Shown here: positions 37,633-49,670 of the stretch, one piece after another
Position numbering within the stretch: position 1 is the stretch's first letter
Layout of the letters: each line of letters opens with the position of its first letter
Source of the DNA: Vicugna vicugna
Lineage: Eukaryota
Reading direction: 5' to 3'
Assembly: GCA_013265495.1 (NCBI GenBank)
Contig: MU058791.1
Coordinates: 62,001-126,000, forward strand
DNA: 64,000 nt
Notes under the pieces: model-generated
Database searches by the model: none
What the model saw: the letters and a program-made list of their open reading frames with translations, nothing else
Told to the model about the DNA's origin: nothing
Translations under genes and position numbers: made by a program

Positions 37633-37638
37633 AATAAA
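37633..37638 (+). terminator. CDC123 polyadenylation signal AATAAA
   Basis: Canonical hexamer ~190 nt after the stop. TGTA motifs lie upstream (37581, 37619) and T/GT-rich tracts downstream (~37700-37760). Confidence 0.8.
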
Positions 37639-38410
37639 ATAGATCTTAAACACAGGAGACCAACGTCTTCTGATGATGAAGTACGTTCTGTGAAATGCCG
37701 CCTTCTTTTCTGTTTCGATTCATCTCTGTTTCTCATGCTGTCATTGTTTTGTTTTTTATACCTGTCAGGTAGCTGGGCAAGTTCATATGTGTTATACAGA
37801 AACAGGTTCTTTCTTAATATTATTTTTGCATTGGAAAAATAGAACCTTATATCCCTAGAGAAATATTTTTTCCTACTTTGAGGATTTTCTTGTAATTTTT
37901 CTGTCAACTTAGCTTCGGTTTGGGTATAGTTAAAATAATACAGACTTCTCAGACTATCCACCATGAAAATTTCAGTACCTTAACTAACCACCTTCATATA
38001 TACTAGTGAAACCGTCACAGAGTTAATTATAATTTGGCCTTTTTAACAGTTATTGGAATTTTGGGGAGGAAGGTTGAATTTTTTAGGCTACCATCGTAGC
38101 AGTTATTCTTCAGGGTCCTAATTGATGACGATACATCCATGATACCTGACTTACTCAGCACCTCCAAAATGCCACGACCCTCTGCTAAGTGTTCTTTATG
38201 GGTCATTTTACTTCACGGAACAAGCAGTTTGAAGGAAGCAGACGTTAGTTTCCCACAGTATCTGTCTCATGTGGTTTCAAAGGATATTTTACTAATCAGA
38301 GGTATGTTTCTCAGCATCATCAGAGAAAGTGTGAGGCTCCCACAGATACAGAGGGGAGTAGCACAGCGTCTCCCCTCCCATGCAGTTAGGGCAGATCCTG
38401 TCTGGTGGGG

Positions 38411-39014
38411 TGGCAGTGAAAATAATCAGCAAACCATCTAGAACAGAAATAGAACAGAGTTTTATTTGAGCCAAACTGAGAACTACAGCCTAGAAGACAG
38501 CCTCTCAGATAACTCTGCGGAATTGCTCTGGAGAAGCAAGGAGACTGTCTTCGTACTTAGCAATTGTGCAGCAAATGCAACGATATTCTTTGTATGGCTA
38601 TTTGTCATGTTGACCTTTGACCAAAAAAATCAAAGACATACCAAAATACAATTTTGAAGAGATTTTTATGGGAGGCTGAAGTAGACAAGTTTCTGATGAT
38701 ACAACTTGACAGAGGAACTGGAGTTTGTATTTCTTAGAAAATGTGAATGGACACATCTGTCTTGGCAAATCTACTTCAGATATCAACCATCTTGGGAAAG
38801 TTCGTGAGAAGGACTAGTAACAAAAAGTTGAACTCCCCAGTGAGAAGCTGTGATAAAAATACTCTTGCTGAATGAAGGGACAGGATTAAGCTTCATGTAT
38901 CAGACTTGATTATTCATTTGCAAAAACCTTCATGTCTACTGATATTTTCTTTTACACCATTTACAACGGAGATTTGATGTCTCAAGGGAGCATTCTTGAC
39001 CACTTTGACTGTCA
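38411..39014 (-). mobile_element. Probable ERV1-type solo LTR
   Basis: agttttatttgagccaaactgagaactacagcctagaagacagcctctcagataactctgcggaattgctc resembles the U5/poly(A) end of artiodactyl ERV1 LTRs; plausible TG...CA ends. Extent uncertain. Confidence 0.5.
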
Positions 39015-39019
39015 AAAAA

Positions 39020-39265
39020 ATTTTTTAAATTGAAGTATAGTTGATTTACAGTGCTGTGTTGGTTTCTGGTGTACAGCAGAGTGATTCGGTTATATGGATG
39101 TATATATATTTATATATTCTTCATTATAGGTTATTACAAGCTATTGAATATAGTTTCCTGTGCTCTACAGTAGGGCCCTGCTGTCTGTCTATTTCTGCTA
39201 ATCTCAAACTCCTAATTTATGCCTCCCTCTCCTTTCCCCTTTGGTAACCATAGTCTGTTTTCTGA
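39020..39265 (-). mobile_element. Artiodactyl L1 3' end, 5'-truncated
   Basis: ttgaagtatagttgatttacagtgctgtgttggtttctggtgtacagcagagtgattc...ttggtaaccat. Confidence 0.88.
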
Positions 39266-39437
39266 TTTTCAAAATGTTTTGATACAGATTCTACAAAAAT
39301 ACAAGCAGCACAGGGTTTATTATGAGGTCAGTCTAGTCCTTAGATAATTGCGTTTAAAAGCAAAGGCTGGTAATACATCAGCTCACGCAAGGGGGAAAAT
39401 GACCCAGCAATGTCCCAGCACTTACAACAGTGGTTTC

Positions 39438-39660
39438 CACACAGCACTTATGTGTGCCTAGCCCTGTTCTAATCACGCTTTCTCTCTGTCAACTAGTTTA
39501 ACCTTCATGGTAACGTGTAAGGGAAACACTTTATCATCCCATTTTAAAGACAAGAACACTGAGGCACAAAGAAGTTAAGGCTGGCTCGAGGGCACCGTAT
39601 TAGTAAGTGGAAAGTTAACAGTCCTTGAATGCAGATATTATGGCCTTTGAGCCAATTTCC
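39438..39660. mobile_element. MIR
   Basis: tttatcatccccattttaaagacaagaacactgaggcacaaagaagttaag. Confidence 0.8.
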
Positions 39661-39864
39661 TACATCACACACCCAGGAGAGTGGCAGCCATTGTAGGTGA
39701 CTGGATAGCCATAAAACATTTGCCGACCTTGGAGAGGCACATTCCAGTGAAGAAATAGATGTGCACATACAACTATACTTGGGAGAAAGGGAGGGCTTGT
39801 GTGGACTGCAGAGGGAGGTCACCAACCCGGCTGTGTGACCCAGAATCCAGCCGTTTCTGTAGCT

Positions 39865-40480
39865 CTTCTGTTCTTGAAGGTGCAAGTTTCCTTCTCTTAT
39901 AATTTCCCTTCAGTCTGAAGAACTTCCTTTAGCAGTGCTTTTAGGTTTTCTTCATCTTAGAATGCCTTTATTATTTTTTAAATTTATTATCTTTTTTTTT
40001 TAAATGGAGGTACTAAGGATCGAACCTAGGACCTCATGCGTGCTAAGCATGCACTCTACCCCTGAGCTATACCCTCCCCTCCTTAAGAATGTCTTCATTG
40101 TGGCTTCATTCCTGAGGAATATTTCCAATTGTTGTTCTGTGATAAGTAAGGTGTTTTTCACCAGCTAATTTTGAAATTTTTTTTCTTCCTTTTTTTTTTT
40201 TTTCCAGTTTCAGCAGTAAGTTTCAGTGTCTGTGCTTGGTTTTCTTTGACTTTATTCTGTTTGGGGTTTACTGAGCTTCTTGAATCTGCAAGTTTATACC
40301 TTTCACCAAATCTGGGAAATTTGGGGGTCATTATTTTTTCAGAGATATTTCTGTATCAACCTCCCCTCTTCCTCTGGGACTCCTATGACACAATGTCAAG
40401 CCTTCGGTTATTATTCTATGGCTTATGGGGTTCTCCTTCAGATCAGATATTTTTATCCTGAAGTTCATTGACTCTTTACT
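39865..40480 (-). mobile_element. Ancient L1M fragment interrupted by a SINE
   Basis: cttcagtctgaagaacttcctttagca...gagcttcttgaatctgcaagtttatacc...aaatctgggaaattt...ttcctctgggactcctatgacac. Confidence 0.65.
39973..40081 (-). mobile_element. tRNA-Ala-derived SINE (vic-1-like), short form
   Basis: atggaggtactaaggatcgaacctaggacctcatgcgtgctaagcatgcactctacccctgagctataccctcccc; TSD-like AGAATGCCTTTATT / AGAATGTCTTCATT. Confidence 0.9.
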
Positions 40481-41639
40481 CTCCACAATCTTTCCTGAAC
40501 ATTATTTGTTCATGTCTGTGGACATTTGCATGGGAAGCATCTGTAGACACACCACTTTTATTACCTGTGCTCTCTCTCTGTATTCCTTGATGTGTGTTTC
40601 CATCAGGGTGGAGTTGGAGGGTTGGGTGGAGGAAGTGGGGAAGCCACAGAGAAACACCCTCTGAAAGGATGCTCAGACTCAGTGGCCTTGACCTTAACAG
40701 ACCACAGAAGGCCAGCCTTCCACCCCAAGAGTCTTCCCTGCCACCAGACCAGCAGGGAATGTGTTATACACGGTGGGCTGTGACAGCAGGGAAAGGAGTA
40801 ACTGTCACCTCAAGGAAATTCACCTGGAGGAACATTTGCGTTCCTATTTTCTTCCCTTTCTCTTTCCCCAGTCTGTTACTGAAGATGGCCCCACGATAAT
40901 GGATGTTCTCTCTGGGGAATGGAGGTGGGAGAGCAGGGAGACCAGACCTGTGTTTTTCCTCTTACGGGGTGTCCTGTTCTAGCTGCTACTCCATCTAAAA
41001 CTGAGTTTGTGACTTAATCCTTGACCCGATGATGACGGTGGCAGCAGGGCCCTGCCTGAGTTAAAGGCGGGGCATCGGAGGTGGGGGCAGCTGGAAGGGG
41101 TCCCCTCAGGGATGCAAAGGTGCCTTCAGGGGTGCGAGGGTGCCCTCCCACCATAAGTTCCGTGCCTGCCGGTCCTCCCCGATGCCTCCTGCCTTCTCCC
41201 CTTCCTCCCACACGCTGTCTGCCCCTGTCCCTGAATGACTTCCTAAGTGCCACTTCAGCTCCTCTCTGGGGCCTTGCAGCTCTTTCCACTGCTTCTCCCA
41301 GGTCTGTTTTCCCTTCTGCAGCTTGCGTCGTGCTGCCTAACGATGCCCTCAGTGTGTCTCTTTGCGTCTGTGTCTGTGTCTTCCCGGGCCTCTCCCCTCC
41401 CTTCCAGGTTACTGCATCACAAACAGATCCAGGAGTATTTTGGTAACAGAACAAGAAGGAAATGGACCCCCGCCATCCACACTTTGTCACTATCGTCCCC
41501 CCACCCCCCTGAGCCACTTAGCTGATCTTCTTTTCCTTCTAACGTGTTATGGTGGCTGCTAAGACCAACAAAAATGAACATTTCTTGTTTCAGACCCTTA
41601 GTCTCTCCCGTCCATGAGTGAGCAGCGAAATGTGGGAGG

Positions 41640-42210
41640 GAGCGCAGGCGGGAGCTACAGATCCTCAGATTCATCCATGTCCCTGACCTGTCAATACAAC
41701 TTTCTCCTTTGTTCCACTTTAAGACAGCAAAATGACTCTTGCTCCCGGGCTCTCTGCGGCTTGCTTTGATGGTCCTCCCTTCCTGGAATCTGAGGGCCAA
41801 CTTCCAATGTCTTTCTTTTGATCTCTCCTTTTTCCCCACCACATCCTCCTGCCAACTCTCACCTGAGAGATGGCCTTGTGTGTGGTTTTCTCTGTCCCAC
41901 CTTTCAAGCTATGCCCAGCACCTGGCTTCCAGAGAGCCGAACTTAGATGCCCTCCCGACCCCCAACATCATTTTCAGGCACCCCACCCTCCAATTTCCCG
42001 AAAGCTAATTGTGATCATTCGCACCCATCACTGCATCTTTCTTCCAGCAGAGTGACTTTCCACCCCAACAATCCATGTTTACCAATTCACGTGGCCTCCG
42101 TCAGCCAGGCTGGCTGTGCAAATTTAGCCACAGTGGGAATATATGTGACCATGCCTGGACCACACCAATGGGCATTCAGCAAATGTTTGTTTAATTTTAA
42201 TCTGAATAGA
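41640..42210 (+). mobile_element. Degraded L2 with 3' end
   Basis: Ends in atgcctggaccacaccaatgggcattcagcaaatgtttgtttaa. Confidence 0.45.
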
Positions 42211-43104
42211 AGAACTCAGAGTTTGGGCAAGAGAGAATTCTGATTAAAAAAAAATTTTTTTAATGCCGTCAGCCTTGTGTTTATTTCATGGCCAGTATAT
42301 TTCAGGCATGGGGCCTTCTGATATTCAGCCAGTCTAGAGCATTCACTGAGCGCCTTCTGTGAACTTGGCACTGTTGTATCTCCATGAAATAAGTGCAGGA
42401 CTTAAGAAGCTTTTAAGGGTGGGGGTGTCTTACAGGCTGGTGGATTTGGGGGTGTGTTTACTGTCAGGCTGGGCTGGCAACACAAAGAATTTTGATTGTG
42501 GCCTGGAGTTTTTGTGGCCCAACTTGACAGGCTGGCCATCTTGCTCAGGTGTCTTGCATGACTGCCCAGCCACAGATCCGCAGCTCTGATTTCATAACCA
42601 CACAAAATACAGAACTTCACACCCACTCTTAACCACTGTGAGTTTACAATCTAAGTGGAGCACTGAGGCCCACAGCAAAGGCGTGAGATTAGAAATTAGG
42701 AAACTTTGGCTCCAATTCTGGTTCTGCAGGCGCATGCTCGACTGTGTGAAGTTCTCCTAAGTGAACAGGCTGCCCTTCATCCTTTACATGTAAATTTTAG
42801 GGAGACACCGCTGGCTAACCCTTCCTCAAGATGAAAAAAGCAAATAGAAAAATACAGGGTCCATGTGCTCAGGCCATGGGCTTCCTTTCAAGTTATTTAA
42901 AACTAATCCACCCATGACCATTTCTGGAAAAATTCCCTTATCTTTGAAATAGTTTGGAAATGAGAAAGTACAGTTTAATCTAGAACCTGAACCTCTGGGT
43001 GAAGTTTTTTCTCAAATAAAGAAAGGTAATTTTCAGTAAAAAAAAAAAAAAATTAATTTTCTAGTGAAACAGTCAAATTTCTTCCTCAACAGTCTTCCTG
43101 GATT

Positions 43105-43325
43105 TTATTTATTTAATTTATTTACCTTTTTTTTTTATTGAAGTAGAGTTGATTTACAATGTTGTGTTAGTTTCTGGTGTGCAGCAAAGTGACTCAGTTA
43201 TACATATATGTATATATTCTTTTTCAGATTCTTGTCCATTATAGGCTATTACAAGGCACTGAATATAGTTCCCTGTGCTCTGTAGTAGGTCCTTGTTGTC
43301 TGTTTTATATATAGTAGTCTGTGCC
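43105..43325 (-). mobile_element. Artiodactyl L1 3' end, 5'-truncated
   Basis: ttgaagtagagttgatttacaatgttgtgttagtttctggtg...; flanking direct repeat CTTCCTGGATTTTAT at ~43094 and ~43328. Confidence 0.9.
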
Positions 43326-46300
43326 TGCTTCCTGGATTTTATAATTGCTGACTTTGGGGTGGGGAAATCTCAATCAGTATTTATTAACTCTTGGATCCAA
43401 CAGAAAGTGTATCATGAACACTTTTTCATTATTAGGAACTCGAAGCTCAAGCTGTTCTTAGACTAGTAAAACCAGTCTAAACACTGCGCTTCACAAAATT
43501 AACAACGTGGGGAAAACGGACGTCCTGTTTCTTTCAAATCGCTAAAGGGATTCACCACAAGGTGGCACCACGCAAATGGTGGTCAATAAGCCGCTTTCCC
43601 CTGCGTGTGCTGTTCTTACAGCAGGCTCTCCTAGTACTTAAGAGGGTGGCGTTCAGCACATCTGATAACGCTCTTCTACAGAGGCAAGTGCCTGTCTTGC
43701 TTTGCGAGTTTTCGGTGACTAAGGCCTTCCTCTTGTGCTTTTCACATGAGCTCTCCCTTGCAAGGAGCCCTCCTGGTAACAGGCCATCGCCACGACAACC
43801 AGCCCACAGTTACTCACAGATTTTGAGGAGAAGGTGGCTGAGGTAGGTGGGCCTCCCAAGGCAGTGAAGTTTCCCCCTCAGCTCCTGATGGAAAGTGCGA
43901 GAAGGTTGTATTCTGGTGCCTCTCTCTACCACGTTCTGTTGTTGTGGATTTCCTTAAGCACCAAGCGCTTGGTGTGCTTCATTTATCTGTAGAAGATCAG
44001 CAGCAGGTCTAGAAAAGTCCGCAGTGCCTGCGATTCTCATTTCTGAGAAAGCGAGGAAGGGTCTGACCTCCAAGGCTGAGTGACAGCCAGTCCCTTCATG
44101 CGTGAGAGCAAACCTCGTATCGTCTCCATGGGATGTTCAAATCTGGGATAACTGATGATCTGGAAATGAAAGGGGGTCCAATCTTCACATGGTTTTTTAC
44201 AAAGGATGTAGCCTTTTTTATGTGTGTGGAGAGAATGAAGTGTTGGGCGTGTGTCCTTGAAGTTAAATAGAATTTTACTAGTCCTGCCCTGTTGCCATGC
44301 AGCTAGGTAAATATTTGCAAAGCGCCTACTGCCTCTCTGGATTTGGGGCACGTGTCTGCTGCCCCTGAAGCAGGCGCTGTGGGCAAGTGAGCCTACCCAG
44401 GCTTTATCTCTCTCTTGCTGCAGAATTCACTGATATGACACAACCTCCAGAGGAAAGGGAGGCCTCCCAGTTCTTATCTTGTCTAGCAACTGGCTCCGGG
44501 ACATTCTGGTGGCCAAGACCAGTGGGTCCTTTGCAGGGGCCTTGAAGACAGGAGGTTGGCCCAGAGGTTCCTCTTCTGAATAAGAGACACATTCCTGGAA
44601 TGGTAGTATTTCCTCAGGGCTCGTGGTCACAAGAACTGAGCAGTAGACCAATTAGCTCACAGGTTCTTTGGGGCCATCCATTGACAAGAAACACTAACAC
44701 AGTGTGGAAAATTAACAAGATGGGAAGTCATATTTTTCAGAACTCTTCTGAGGGGTAGGAAGAAACACTTTGGTAAGGGGTTTAAGGTGAAGTTAAGATC
44801 CCCAACCCCGACCCTACCCCACTCCAGAGGTCATGCCTGAGCAGCCACATTAGCTGCCACCCACCTTCCAAGTGAAGGACCGGTTTGCTATGTAGGACAC
44901 ACAGTGTGGGGCCTGAGCTAAATTTTTAGGGACAAAAGAGGAAAAACTGAGTTATCAGACATTTGTCCTTCTCTGTCTCCCCTGCTACCTACCAACCAAT
45001 AGGCTTTCATAGTCATCAAACAAATCCCTAAAGACCGGGACTTAAAGGGGTGCCCAGGTATAAGCCTGTTAGAGCGCCGAATGGCTTTACCCTGCCCGGG
45101 TTGGGGAGGGCCGCTGGGGGGACTCCTCAAAAAAAAAACCACCAGAAGAGGTCCCCATGAGTGGATTATTATCCCAGCGCCCACTGGGCAAGGGCCTCGG
45201 ATTTTCACACCTGCCTTGTCTCTTCCCCAAGTATCTCAGGACAATAATGATAGTTATATATCCCGAATTTCCAAGAATGGTCTGGTTTTAAATAGTCTGT
45301 CCATGCTGTTCAAGTAAGATTATTTTAACTTGACACTCAAGTCTTATGTCCTGACTTTGGGCTCAGAAAATTAGCCACCACAGACAGACTCAAGAACTTT
45401 GAAATCAGCAGGTGTTCCTTCCTTGCAGTGGGAAATGCCCTACGAGATGATCAGAGGGGGGCCACCGGGAAAACTGCCAGGCCAGGGGCAGGACGTGTCT
45501 CGTGTCACCCCCAGTGGAACACTCTTGTGGATGCTTAAGTGAATGAGTCACTGAAGAAGAGGATGAGACAGATCAGAGACCAGGGTCAGTGGAGATAAAT
45601 ATTTTTAGAGAGCTCTGAGTTGTTCAAGAAGGGCCGGCCCTCTCTGAGTGCAAATGGACCTACAGAAACAGAAATTCCATCGTTTGGTTCTAGAATTTCA
45701 CTGTTTGACAGAAGGCTCTCTGAATCGTCCAGATGAATGGCACATATTCCGGGCCATGGTTGGCAGTCCCTCTTTCTTCCATTCCATTTCTTTCCCTTCT
45801 TTAAATTCCTCTTTTCTTTTGCCAAAGTAGTGATCTTTCTGTGGGCAGTAAACCTTCTGAGTTCTTGCATGCACGTCTGAGAGTCGTGCATTAGATTGAT
45901 AATTTGAGCGGTATGGAACTCTAAATTCAAAGCCATTTCCCATGTTTTTGAACATTGCTTCATTGTCTCCCAGCCTAATTATTTTAAGTTTCAAACATTT
46001 AAATAAGAGTTTTCTTTCAAGCCATTTCCTTGGGCCATCAAGTCTCTCCACCCCTATTAACTTCTGCTTCTTAGGCAAAGTGTTTCCTCATAACTAGGGT
46101 GGGGTCAGAACTCCCTCTGAGACTGTACGTCTCTCAAGAGGATCAAATGCTTACACTCAGGGTGAAAAGCTATTCATCGTTAGTGCCAGGGGCTGGAAGT
46201 GGGCCTTTTATGGAATTTGTGACTCATCATCTGAGAGCCCAGAAAATGGATTTGTTCCTGTTGGGCCCTAACTGCGTGGGCTGAACCTCAGCTTGGTGTC

Positions 46301-46592
46301 TAAAATCCGGCACCTAGACACCATTTTAACTCACCTCGGGGATTCGTATTTATGATCCGTATTTATGATTTATGATTATGTCAGGATTCAGAACACCTGC
46401 TTCATGAGTTGTCAACTTCCAGGTCTAAAAAGCCATCTGCCACGTTTGCTGAGTCACAAGGTAAGAGACAGTGAGGACACCTGGATGCCAGCACAAGGGA
46501 CAGAGTAATGCATGCTCTTAGCCAGAGGTGGCAGCTGGTGATAGCTCTCTCCGCATAATTGATGAGTCTGAATTTGGAGTTAACCCAAGAGA

Positions 46593-46715
46593 GGGGGGTT
46601 GGGTACAGCTCAGTGGTAGAGCACATGCTTAGCATGCACGAGGTCCTAGGTTGGATCCCCAATACCTCTATTTAAAAAAAAAAGAACTTATTAAAATACA
46701 GTAAAAGTTTTTAAA
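46593..46715 (+). mobile_element. tRNA-Ala-derived SINE (vic-1-like), short form
   Basis: gggtacagctcagtggtagagcacatgcttagcatgcacgaggtcctaggttggatccccaatacctc plus poly-A. Confidence 0.88.
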
Positions 46716-47959
46716 AAGTGGGAACTGAATTAGCCGCAGGGAGAACACCTCAGCCAGAGCTGACTGGAAGTGGGATGCGCTGCTTGGGAATCTGTGAGTG
46801 CCTCCTGAGAGTTATTCTGGGTGGAGATCTTGTACTTCAGAGCCAAGAACCTACTGAATGGTTGGAATGCTTGACCTTTAAGTTCTTTTCCACTGTGAGA
46901 ACTTCTCTGCCGTGCTCAGTGTAGTGCCTGGCACAGAGTATATGCTCAATAAATCTAAATAAAATGTTTGTGGACCACAATATGCCTCTGCTGCCAAGGC
47001 GAATGGCACCCCTGTTTCCATTTGCCATAATTCGTCTATCCTCAGCAGGCTGTAGTTGGCAACTACCATGAGCTGCATATATCGAAACATTCATTGAATA
47101 GAATCTTCCACAGACAGTGGCTGAGTTTGACCCGGGGACTCAGTTTTGGTGCCAAGCACCCGACTGCTTGAAGTCACTGGAAAAAGACTTGGTATTGCGT
47201 AGATGGACGCAAGGCCCAGGGCATGAAGCAGTTAAACAGCAAAGCCCTGTTTAGCCAGCGGGATTAGGGCTTGTGAATGCTAAGAAAGAGGCTTCCAGGC
47301 GGCACTTGGCCTGGAAAACACAGCTTTTCTCGTCTGCGAGGGTTGAAGAAGATACGCCGCTCTTTTGTCTCCCTGCCTGTGTGGTGTAGTTGGGGATGGA
47401 ATCTGCACAGGTGAGGACAGTAGGGACACAGATGACAGTGACCGTCAGGCAATGAGAAAGCTGGAAAAGATGGAGCCTTTCAGATAGGAGTGAGGGAGGC
47501 CGCCATGCAAGCTTAACAAAGTCCACACCAGGAGGAGACTGGCCTGCGGGGTCAGCTGACCGCCGAGGGCAACAGGCCAGGAGCGGACCCAGCAGCCCAG
47601 GCCCACTACCCTCGCCTCTCCACGTTTCTCAACCAAAAATTGGTCTGATAGAGGATGTTTCCTGCTTTGTGAATTTATTTGTATGTACAAAAATAATATT
47701 ACAGGTTTATAGGAAGATGTAAAAGAAAATAATCTATCTATAATCTTATCATGACTTTTTCAAGCCCATTTAACACTCCCCAGGCTCCCCGCCGGCCCAC
47801 GACGTTTATTAGAGACGGATGGTAATGCCAATACCATGTTTGTTATTGGATTATTTTCCCTACTTTATGTATCCTGTGCATTTTGCTGAATATTTTCTCC
47901 CAAATTTTATTTCACACTTTCAGTTCCTGGGGGCTAGCTGGTGTTTTGTCAAGTGGAAG

Positions 47960-48180
47960 GAATAATAATACTGAACATGTGTTGTGTTGATCACATGCTG
48001 AGCTGAGTGCCCTGGGCTTTCAATGTTTATCTCATTTTTTCCCCACAACTCTGGGATGGTAGCGGGTTTCATTTACCTCTTTTTTTCTTTTTTTTTTTTT
48101 GCAGAGGAGGAATTTTGCAGAGAGTTTGGTAGCACAGACCTGAGGTTCTGCCCAGATCTGACTCCAGAGCAGTTCCCTTC
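47960..48180. mobile_element. MIR, degraded
   Basis: aataataatactgaacatgtg...ttatctcatt...cccagatctgactccagagc. Confidence 0.55.
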
Positions 48181-48721
48181 CTAGCTGGACATTTAAATTG
48201 CTTCCTTTCATTTTCTTTTGTTATTAGAACCCACTCTGCAACTAAACACCTTTATCCACAGGCCATCCCCAGTATGTTGTCAACTCTAAACAACAAGAGT
48301 CAAAGAGTGGGGACGTTTTGATGACAGGTGATGCCTGGTGCCAAAATGACTTTGAAAAAATTATGCCACTTTATAATATATAAATTATCCATCTATCTAT
48401 AAACTTAGATCCTTGCCCACATTAATTATGTTAATTTAAAATGTTTCACGAACTTAGTAGCAAAGTGATAATTTAGTATTTTAACTTCGTTTGTTATCTG
48501 AACAATTAAACATTGTTTCATGTGTTTGTCCACTGGCTTTAGTTCTTTGAACCACAGGTTTATGTACTTTCCCCATTTATCCACTGGAAATGTTTTAAAA
48601 AGATCAATTAATAATGACTTTTCTCAGAGGAATAAAGCTATTAACCCTTTGTCAGATTTGGTACAAAAATTGTTTCCTGGTCTGTTTGCATTTTTTAATT
48701 TTTTTTTCATTTTGACATGTT

Positions 48722-49315
48722 TTCTTTTTTTTTTAATTGAAGTACAGTTGATTGACAATGCTGAGTTACAGCGTTGTGTTAGTTTCAGGCATACAGCGCA
48801 GTGATTCAGTTACATATACACATATATTCCTTTTCATATTCTTATTCATTATAGGTTATTACAAGATATTGAATACAGTTCTCTGCGCTATACAGTAGGA
48901 CCTTGTGTTTATTTGATAGTAGTGTACCTCTGTTAATCCCAAACTCCTAATTTAACCTCCCCTCCTTCTTTCCTCTTTGGTAACTGTAAGTTTGTTTTCT
49001 TTATCTGTGAGTCTGTTTGTATTTTGTAAATAAGTTCATTTGTGTCATTTTTTTAGATTCCACATATAAGTGACATGTGATTTTTGTCTTTCTCTGTCTG
49101 ACTTACTTCATTTAATAGGATAGTCTCTGGGTCTGTCTATGTTGCTGCAAATGGCCTTATTTCACTCTTATTTATGGCTGTATAATATTCCATTATATAT
49201 ATATACCACGTCTTTATCTATTCATCTGTTGATAGACACTTAGGTTGCTCGCATGTCTTGACTAATTGTAAAGATTGCTGCTATGAACACTGGGATGCAT
49301 ATATCTTTTTGAGTT
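48722..49315 (-). mobile_element. Artiodactyl L1 3' end (~600 bp)
   Basis: Poly-T, then aattgaagtacagttgattgacaatg...tagattccacatataagtga...gctgctatgaacactggga. Confidence 0.9.
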
Positions 49316-49544
49316 ACACACAGAGTCATTTCTAACTTTTTAATTAAATATACTGCTTCTAGACAAAGTTATCTCTTCCAAACTCTTCTCTAGATATTTC
49401 AAAAATATTTTAATTTATTTTCCCATTGTCTTTCTATTTAGTTAAATGCTATTTGGAATGTATATTGACTTTTGTGCATATAAGCGTGATGGAGAATGTC
49501 ACACGGCAGAGAAAATTGGTAGCACTAGAAAGGCATCACCAATG

Positions 49545-49670
49545 CAAAGTTTTGACTCCACCTGGGAGCTACTGAATCAGAAACGCTGGGGGTGGGGCCC
49601 AGCACTGTGTGTTTAACAAGCCGGGCAGGTCCAGGTGGTTACAATGTACACTCAGGACTGAGCACCCCTG
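49545..49670 (-). mobile_element. MER5A-like fragment
   Basis: ctactgaatcagaaacgctgggggtggggcccagcactgtgtgtttaacaagcc. Confidence 0.75.

Larger units (their letters stand above)
1..37655 (+). other. CDC123: CDC123 gene body, 5'-partial (intron 2 through the 3' UTR)
   Basis: Eleven phase-compatible GT-AG exons splice into a protein matching mammalian CDC123 (EDPPT...[15 protein letters not shown]...EFRCFV...LIDFNPFG...KRNQQEDA*). The 3' end is estimated from the poly(A) signal. Confidence 0.97.

Noticed and set aside
46593..46672. tRNA-Ala(AGC)-like gene, and similar heads at the other SINE sites
   Set aside because: Acceptor and T stems are mismatched, the heads run into poly-A tails, and several copies have TSDs. 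These are SINEs, not functional tRNAs.
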